A stretch of DNA of 64,000 nt from assembly GCA_024687185.1 (NCBI GenBank), contig JAILEX010000048.1:1266-65265 (forward strand), given 5' to 3'. Below the pieces are notes generated by a model that saw only the letters and a program-made list of their open reading frames with translations, did no database searches and had not been told where the DNA came from. The position numbers and the translations under genes were made by a program. Within the stretch, counting starts at the first letter, position 1. Every line of letters starts with the position of its first letter. The DNA comes from Bacilli bacterium. GTDB taxonomy: Bacteria; Bacillota_I; Bacilli_A; RFN20; CAG-826. Below, piece by piece: positions 58,459-64,000 of this stretch.

Positions 58459-59001
58459 ATGAAGAAAATCCTAATCGCCTATTTCTCCCACGAGGGAGAG
58501 AACCTCGTCGACGACCGCATCGTCACCCTTGAAAAGGGAAACACCAGAATCGCCGCCGAGGAATTAGCCAAACAGCTCGAATCCAAAGGCGCCAAGCCGA
58601 TGCTATTCCGCATCGAGGAGATGATCCCCTATCCCCAGGACTATGAAGGCACCCTCGCCCGCAGCCGCCAGGAAAAGGAAAGCGGGGCCAACCCCCTAAT
58701 CAACGACGGCCCGAATAACTTCGAGCTATATGATGTCGTCTTCCTTGGCTTCCCCAACTGGTGGGGCACCATTCCCGCGCCGATCCTCTCCTTCATCAGG
58801 GACCATGATTTCTCTGGCAAGAAGGTCATTCCCTTCATCACCCATGGCGGGCAGGACTTCCTCTATAGCCTAGATACCATCAAGGCAGAGCTTCCTGGCG
58901 TGGAGGTCATCAAGGGCTTTGCCTGCGCGGCCCCCTATATCGCTAGCGCGAAATACGTCATCATCTCCTTCTTGGAGGAGAATCCCGAGCTAGTCAAATA
59001 A
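58459..59001 (+). CDS. Flavodoxin-like fold protein
   Basis: From the ATG at 58459: MKKILIAYFSHEGEN... and GFPNWWGTIP, typical of flavodoxin-like proteins. SD AAGGAAAAG. Confidence 0.6.
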   Translation: MKKILIAYFSHEGENLVDDRIVTLEKGNTRIAAEELAKQLESKGAKPMLFRIEEMIPYPQDYEGTLARSRQEKESGANPLINDGPNNFELYDVVFLGFPNWWGTIPAPILSFIRDHDFSGKKVIPFITHGGQDFLYSLDTIKAELPGVEVIKGFACAAPYIASAKYVIISFLEENPELVK

Positions 59002-59024
59002 CTAGGGATAGAGCAACGAAAACA

Positions 59025-59058
59025 GGGCTTCCTGCCGTTAGTGGCGGGAAGCCCTTTT
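59025..59058 (+). terminator. Intrinsic terminator
   Basis: 12-bp stem GGGCTTCCTGCC / GGCGGGAAGCCC with one G-U pair, loop GTTAGT, then TTTT. Confidence 0.75.
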
Positions 59059-59071
59059 GCCTATGTTGCGC

Positions 59072-61204
59072 TTAGGCGCTTGCGGCGGAGTCCTTTAGGA
59101 CATATTCGCCATTGGAATAATCGAGTTCGTAGCTTTGCTTGGTCGAGATCTCGCCGGAAACGATTTTCTGGGCCAGCATCGTTTCGATGTTGTCCTGGAT
59201 ATATCTCTTCAATGGCCTCGCCCCGAATTCCGGGGTGTAGGCTTCCGCGAGGATCTCTTCCCTGACGCTACTAGAGAAAGACACGTTCACGTATTGTCCC
59301 TTCAGCCTTTCGCCAAGCTCGCGCAGCATCTTGTCGACGATGGAACGTTGGACGTCGTAGCTAAGGGAATTGAAGAGGACGATCTCATCGATCCTATTGA
59401 GGAATTCGGGCTTGAAGGTCTGCCTGACTTGGCGCATCACGGCGTCTTTATCCCCGGTAAGAAGGGCTTCTGAGCCTAGGTTACTGGTAAGGATGATGAC
59501 AGTGTTACGGAAATCGATGAGCCTGCCCTGGGAATCGGTGAGCCTACCTTCGTCTAGGACTTGAAGCAAGAGATTGAAGACCTCTGGATGGGCCTTTTCC
59601 ACTTCGTCGAACAAGACGATCGAATAGGGGTTCCTTCTGACCTTCTCGGTCAATTGGCCGCCTTCTTGGTAGCCGACGTATCCCGGGGGAGCCCCGATTA
59701 GCCTGGAGACCGAGAACTTTTCCATATATTCGCTCATGTCGATGCGGATGATATTGGAATCATTGTCGAACAAGGCTTCGGCGAGGGCTTTGCACACTTC
59801 CGTTTTGCCTACCCCCGTTGGGCCAAGGAAGAGGAAACTTCCGATTGGCCTCGTCGGGTTTTGGATACCCGCCCTTTGGCGGAGGATGGCGCTGGAGACA
59901 AGGTGGATTGCCTCGTCTTGGCCCATGACCCTGCTAGAGAGGATAGAAGGAAGTTCAAGGACCTTCTCCCTATCGCCCTTTTGGATTCTGGAGACGGGGA
60001 TGCCGGTGCGTTTGGCCACGATTTTGGCGATCTCCTCCTCATCGACGATTTCATAGACGAGCCTTTCGCTATCCTTATTGGTTTCGCTTATCTCGCGGAT
60101 CCTTTTCTCTAATTCTGGGATCGTCTGGTATTGGAGTTTGCTGGCTTTGGCGTAGTCGGCCTGGCCAAAATAGGTCTGGAGGTCGAACTTGGCCTTCTCT
60201 AATTCGGTCTTAAGCTGCTTTGCCTCAGATACCGCGGCCTTCTCCTTCTGCCATTCCTCATTGAGGCGGTCGCTTTCCCTGTTGACGTCCTCTAATTCGT
60301 TTTCCAAATCGATCAGCCTACGCCTAGAGGATTCGTCCTTTTCCTTCGAGAGGGCGACCTTTTCGATCTCTAGCTGCTTCTTTTTCCTTGTGATGGCGTC
60401 TAATTCGTTCGGCATCGATTCGATTTCGACCTTGATGCCTGCGCAGGCCTCATCGAGAAGGTCGATGGCCTTATCGGGAAGGAAGCGGTTGGTGATGTAG
60501 CGGTTGCTTAAGACCGCGGCGGCGACAAGGGCGCTATCGTTGATCTGTACGCCATGGTAGGATTCGAACCTTTCCTTTAGTCCACGCAATATGGAAATCG
60601 TGTCCTCGACGGTCGGTTCGTTGACCATGACGGTTTGAAACCTCCTTTCGAGTGCGCGGTCCTTCTCGATATATTCGCGGTATTCGGCAAGAGTGGTCGC
60701 GCCGATGCAATCGATCTCGCCCCTAGCTAGCATTGGCTTAAGCAAGTTCGCGGCATCCATGGCACCCTGGGTCCTACCCGCGCCGATGATAAGATGGATT
60801 TCATCGATGAAGAGGATGATTTTGCCTTCGCTTTCCTTGATCTTGTTCAAGACGGCCTTAAGCCTATCCTCGAATTCGCCTTGGAATTTTGCGCCTGCGA
60901 TCAAAGCGCCCATATCTAGCTCGAAGATCTGCTTCCCCTGCAAGGTCGCGGGGACGTCGTTTTGGACGATGCGCTGGGCTAGGCCCTCCACGATTGCGGT
61001 TTTGCCCACGCCCGGCTCACCGAGCAATATGACGTTATTCTTCGTTTTACGGGCGAGTATGGTTATGACTTTGCGGATCTCGTCGTCTCTGCCGATGACG
61101 GGGTCCATCTTCCCTTCCGAGAAGGAATCGTTGACGATCCTTCCGAATTTCGAAAGCACTTCGGGGTCTTGGGAATAGTCGACCGGTCCAAAGGGATTGT
61201 TCAT
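59072..61204 (-). CDS. clpB: ClpB-type AAA+ disaggregase lacking the N-terminal Clp_N domain
   Basis: 710 aa. Starts about 35 aa before NBD1 ([17 protein letters not shown]...[18 protein letters not shown]). Long coiled-coil M-domain (about residues 255-390). NBD2 [18 protein letters not shown] and GARPLKR. Confidence 0.92.
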   Translation of the reverse strand: MNNPFGPVDYSQDPEVLSKFGRIVNDSFSEGKMDPVIGRDDEIRKVITILARKTKNNVILLGEPGVGKTAIVEGLAQRIVQNDVPATLQGKQIFELDMGALIAGAKFQGEFEDRLKAVLNKIKESEGKIILFIDEIHLIIGAGRTQGAMDAANLLKPMLARGEIDCIGATTLAEYREYIEKDRALERRFQTVMVNEPTVEDTISILRGLKERFESYHGVQINDSALVAAAVLSNRYITNRFLPDKAIDLLDEACAGIKVEIESMPNELDAITRKKKQLEIEKVALSKEKDESSRRRLIDLENELEDVNRESDRLNEEWQKEKAAVSEAKQLKTELEKAKFDLQTYFGQADYAKASKLQYQTIPELEKRIREISETNKDSERLVYEIVDEEEIAKIVAKRTGIPVSRIQKGDREKVLELPSILSSRVMGQDEAIHLVSSAILRQRAGIQNPTRPIGSFLFLGPTGVGKTEVCKALAEALFDNDSNIIRIDMSEYMEKFSVSRLIGAPPGYVGYQEGGQLTEKVRRNPYSIVLFDEVEKAHPEVFNLLLQVLDEGRLTDSQGRLIDFRNTVIILTSNLGSEALLTGDKDAVMRQVRQTFKPEFLNRIDEIVLFNSLSYDVQRSIVDKMLRELGERLKGQYVNVSFSSSVREEILAEAYTPEFGARPLKRYIQDNIETMLAQKIVSGEISTKQSYELDYSNGEYVLKDSAASA

Positions 61205-61282
61205 GATTCGATACCTCCTTTTCGTTCACGCTCCCTAGGGAAGAAGAGCCGCGTTGGCCCTATTTCCCCTAAGGTCAGCAAT

Positions 61283-61311
61283 ACTATATAACAGAAAATT
61301 AGCACTCGCAA
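61283..61311 (-). promoter_or_regulatory. Candidate clpB promoter overlapping the CIRCE element
   Basis: Minus strand: TTGCGA (61311-06, inside CIRCE), 17-nt spacer, TATAGT (61288-83), about 75 nt upstream of the ATG. Confidence 0.45.
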
Positions 61312-61325
61312 GAGTTGAGTGCTAG
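61299..61325 (-). promoter_or_regulatory. CIRCE operator (HrcA binding site)
   Basis: TTAGCACTC-GCAAGAGTT-GAGTGCTAG compared with the consensus TTAGCACTC-N9-GAGTGCTAA (17/18 match), located 95-120 nt upstream of clpB. Confidence 0.85.
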
Positions 61326-61377
61326 AAAGTGTGATATGGAAAGGTTATCGGAAATTTAAGTGGGGTTTTGCGCGGTT

Positions 61378-61959
61378 TTATATGCGCGAGGCGTAATAAT
61401 CCCTTAGGTCGTGGATTTGGTTTTTGACTCCGTTTAATGCGGAATAGAGGTCTTCAGGAAGCCTATGGTTAAGGTCTTCCTGGACTTCTGCTTCTATTGG
61501 TTTGGCAAGCGGGGAGAGGGCATAGCCTTCCTTTACGTATGGACGGATGTTATCGATCGAGGAAAATAGATAACTAAGATGCTGGAGCGAATCCTCTTTT
61601 CTAGATAGGCCAAATTCCAAGGCGATGTAGAGCAAGGCCATGTTTAGCCTGGCGTCTTCTTCCGTTAGCATCCCTTCTGGGAATTTATAGAGGATATCGT
61701 CTTCCGAGGTCACGGAATGTTTGTCGTAGCATTCTATCGCCCATTTTGGCACGTTGTCGAGGAAATCGGGGTTGGTATGGATATTGGGGAGGAGAGCGAA
61801 AAGCAAGGGGAAGATCATCTTGAAGCCAGGTTCGTCCTCCATGGGGAAATAGATCTTTTCGGCCGCTAGTTCGATGAGTTTGCAATATACGCCGAAACGG
61901 CCCCCTTCGGAGCAAACGTCCTCGAGTTGCATCGGCGTATGGTGGCTTTCTTCTACCAT
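61378..61959 (-). CDS. Hypothetical cytoplasmic protein
   Basis: 193 aa from the ATG at 61959 (the track begins at a TTG two codons upstream). Coding-like composition; no recognisable motif. Confidence 0.5.
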   Translation of the reverse strand: MVEESHHTPMQLEDVCSEGGRFGVYCKLIELAAEKIYFPMEDEPGFKMIFPLLFALLPNIHTNPDFLDNVPKWAIECYDKHSVTSEDDILYKFPEGMLTEEDARLNMALLYIALEFGLSRKEDSLQHLSYLFSSIDNIRPYVKEGYALSPLAKPIEAEVQEDLNHRLPEDLYSALNGVKNQIHDLRDYYASRI

Positions 61960-62018
61960 TGACAATATCTTAATAGATTAATGAAGGCTATGAAAAGGCC
62001 TTATTTCTTCTTTTATTA

Positions 62019-62043
62019 AGAAAAAGGCCTCAGGTGAGGCCTT
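62019..62043 (-). terminator. Intrinsic terminator after the 277-aa gene
   Basis: The minus strand reads AAGGCCTCACCTGAGGCCTT followed by TTTTC. Confidence 0.65.
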
Positions 62044-62060
62044 GGCGATCTATATTTTGA

Positions 62061-62894
62061 TTAGGCTGATTTCTTCTTAGGATTGAGATAGCAATCGAGC
62101 ATGATCTCATCGTAATCGGAGATGACATTGGTGATGGTCTTGCCGTTTTTTACATCGACTTTGCGATGGGAGATTTTGATCCTCGCGCCTAGAAGGGCGT
62201 GGCTATTTTCGCCCAAAGAGGCGGAATCGATCTCGTAGAAGAAGGATTTCTTGGTTCTGGGGATGCCGCTAAGCTGGAAGACGATGGGACGGGATTTGGC
62301 TTTGCCATAACCATCGATCAGCTCAAGTTTGCACATGGCCTTGGGGTCATCGTTATTGAGGAATTCGAAGTAGACCTTCGGATAGATATCGCCGTCTTCG
62401 TCGATTTCGCAGTTGCGGAGTACGCACATCTCCACGTCGATGCCGCCGATTTTCAGGGTTTCCCTAAATTCGCTAGGCTCCTTCTCCTTGCTTGGCTTTA
62501 CGCGGATATAGAAGCTTTTCAGGTATTCGCATTCGATGGCTTCGGCAAGGCGCTTGATCAGGATGTTATATTGCCTAATGCCCACATCGATGGAATTGAA
62601 TTTCTCTTCGGCGTAATAGAAGCCCATCTCGCCATAGAAGGAGGCGTCGTCAAGCAAATCGACGCAAAGGTACATCAAGGAGCCATCGATATCGAATTGG
62701 CGTCCCTTTGGCCTAGCAAGGGCTTTGGAGATATTGGAGGCAAGGATGCAGATGAAGGCTTCGAGGTCCCTTTTGAAGGCCGGGCCACGCATGAGTTTCG
62801 CATTCTTTTCCGCGGAGACGAAAGCCTGGAGGTTGACGTGGTCGGAAAGGTTGATACGAAGGGATTTGTTCGTTGTCTCGGTTGCGATGATCAT
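62061..62894 (-). CDS. Hypothetical cytoplasmic protein
   Basis: 277 aa. Lys/Glu-rich, coding-like composition. The overlapping plus-strand ORF (62199-62939) has shadow-frame composition. No recognisable motif. Confidence 0.55.
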   Translation of the reverse strand: MIIATETTNKSLRINLSDHVNLQAFVSAEKNAKLMRGPAFKRDLEAFICILASNISKALARPKGRQFDIDGSLMYLCVDLLDDASFYGEMGFYYAEEKFNSIDVGIRQYNILIKRLAEAIECEYLKSFYIRVKPSKEKEPSEFRETLKIGGIDVEMCVLRNCEIDEDGDIYPKVYFEFLNNDDPKAMCKLELIDGYGKAKSRPIVFQLSGIPRTKKSFFYEIDSASLGENSHALLGARIKISHRKVDVKNGKTITNVISDYDEIMLDCYLNPKKKSA

Positions 62895-62946
62895 CTTGAT
62901 GTTTTCCTTAGAGGAAATTATAAGCGAAAAAAGGCATAATGTGGGT

Positions 62947-63717
62947 ATGAAAGATGAAGATTTTGCCTTTTCTAGAATCCTCGAGCTCGAAAGCCGGAGC
63001 GAATACGGCGAAACAATCGAGGCCTCCTACTTCTTTTCCTATAGCGAGCTAAGGAGATTGCTATCGAAGTTACCTAAGAAAATAAGGGAATCCGCCTTTC
63101 TTTTTGGAGGGTTTGATGAAGCCGAATGCAAATGCTTCTTCTTCCTTCCCTCCTATCTGGATAAGGAAACCTTCCTAAAGGACAAGTTATACGAAGGCTA
63201 TATCGGCTGCTACCTAATCGAAACGACGAATCCCGCTTACGCCAAGCCCCTATCCCATCCTTCCGTTTTGGGGACGCTAATGGGTTTAGGGATAAAAAGA
63301 GAGACCATCGGCGATATCTATGTCGAACCTAACAAAGCCATTTTCTTTGCCTTAAAGTCCATCGAAAAGGAAATACTAAGCGTGGAAAAGGTGGGCAGGG
63401 ATGCCGTTACCGTCTCCAAGATCCTATATGAGGAATCCCCCATCAAGCCAAGATTTGAAACGCTTAGGATCACCTATGAATCCAATCGCCTCGATTCGAT
63501 TGTCTCGGAAGCCTTCCGCATATCTAGGGAGGAAGCGAAAAGGCAAATCGGGGCCGGAAACGTCTATGTGACCAATCTCCTATCCCCTCGTCCCGATTCC
63601 GTTGTCCATCCTGGTGACCATATCTCCGTTAAGGGAAAGGGGAAGGTCATCTTTATGGAGGAAGAAGGCACTTCCAGAAAAGGAAAAACAGTGGCCTCGA
63701 TTAGGAAACCATTGTAG
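62947..63717 (+). CDS. ylmH: S4-domain RNA-binding protein, YlmH-like
   Basis: From the ATG at 62947: about 256 aa. C-terminal S4-like NRLDSIVSEAFRISREEAKRQIGAGNVYVTN... and a central GxxMGLGIKRETIGDI block typical of YlmH. The track's upstream extension overlaps the divergent gene. Confidence 0.6.
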   Translation: MKDEDFAFSRILELESRSEYGETIEASYFFSYSELRRLLSKLPKKIRESAFLFGGFDEAECKCFFFLPSYLDKETFLKDKLYEGYIGCYLIETTNPAYAKPLSHPSVLGTLMGLGIKRETIGDIYVEPNKAIFFALKSIEKEILSVEKVGRDAVTVSKILYEESPIKPRFETLRITYESNRLDSIVSEAFRISREEAKRQIGAGNVYVTNLLSPRPDSVVHPGDHISVKGKGKVIFMEEEGTSRKGKTVASIRKPL

Positions 63718-63743
63718 ATATCGATATTTTAGGAAAGAGTTAG

Positions 63744-64000
63744 CTAGATTAGGCCGTCTTTTTTTAGTTTTTCATAGCATTCAGGATCGGCGAGATCTGG
63801 GCAAGGATAGAAGGAATGCCACAAATCGCAGACCATCGAATCGGTCACCTTTTTAAGTAGGTCCTTTATATCCATTCCCTTCATCAAAAGGAAATAGCGA
63901 AGCACCAATCCCGTGGCGGTCGCATCGTCTAATGCCGTATGGAACTGCAACTTTTCGGCTTCTTGTTTTGGGACGAAGCGGTCGACTAGGTCACCTAGGC
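63744..64000 (-). CDS. DEDDh 3'-5' exonuclease (DnaQ-like), C-terminal part; the gene continues beyond the right window edge
   Basis: The frame stays open to position 64000. It reads ...LGDLVDRFVPKQEAEKLQFHTALDDATATGLVLRYF, which is the ExoIII HxAxxDA motif. Confidence 0.6.
   Translation of the reverse strand, partial: LGDLVDRFVPKQEAEKLQFHTALDDATATGLVLRYFLLMKGMDIKDLLKKVTDSMVCDLWHSFYPCPDLADPECYEKLKKDGLI

Noticed and set aside
62199-62939. 246-aa plus-strand ORF fully overlapping the 277-aa minus-strand gene
   Set aside because: Its composition (runs of D/A/F/G/V/I, no SD, GC-skewed third positions) is typical of a shadow frame. The minus-strand ORF has normal Lys/Glu-rich composition and its own terminator.

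Overview
This is a densely coded, mostly housekeeping chromosomal window from a Bacillota / Mollicutes-like bacterium. It uses the standard genetic code: TGA acts as a stop (for example at the end of atpD) and Trp is TGG. GC content is about 45-50% by eye. All calls rest on reading the ORF translations and the DNA by eye; no searches were run.

Recognisable content, left to right:
- priA (5' part, runs off the window) and gmk
- rqcH-like NFACT protein and a kinase-like protein
- VanZ/Ig-like membrane protein and ppa
- a CxxC lipoprotein
- a complete F1Fo ATP synthase operon (atpI-like, B, E, F, H, A, G, D, C) with a translationally coupled ATP-grasp gene at its end
- a TGS-uridine-kinase fusion
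- an ~11.5 kb minus-strand operon: SWIM protein, SNF2 helicase, AddB, AddA, unknown 386-aa protein
- glpK, then an IMPACT/YigZ gene coupled to an M24B Xaa-Pro peptidase
- a membrane / lipid-related run: CPBP protease, TraX, trxA, YhhN-like, TIGR01906/Lit-like
- tRNA-Gly(UCC), tcdA, an HD-RdgB fusion, an MFS transporter, a CarD-like regulator, and an orphan hypB
- a module of one small anchored protein, two giant paralogous acidic surface proteins and a lipase-like protein
- XRE and TetR regulators, pepF, a flavodoxin-like protein
- an N-domain-less clpB preceded by a near-consensus CIRCE operator
- two unknown genes, ylmH-like, and a partial DEDDh exonuclease

I saw no transposase, integrase, CRISPR array or rRNA.

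The two best candidates for undescribed biology are the giant-paralog surface module (43907-54004) and the SWIM-SNF2-AddBA-unknown operon (17332-28797). Secondary observations are a two-carboxylate Na+-type c-subunit signature, possible leaderless genes, and several unusual fusions and couplings. Small-feature coordinates were counted by hand and may be off by 1-2 nt.
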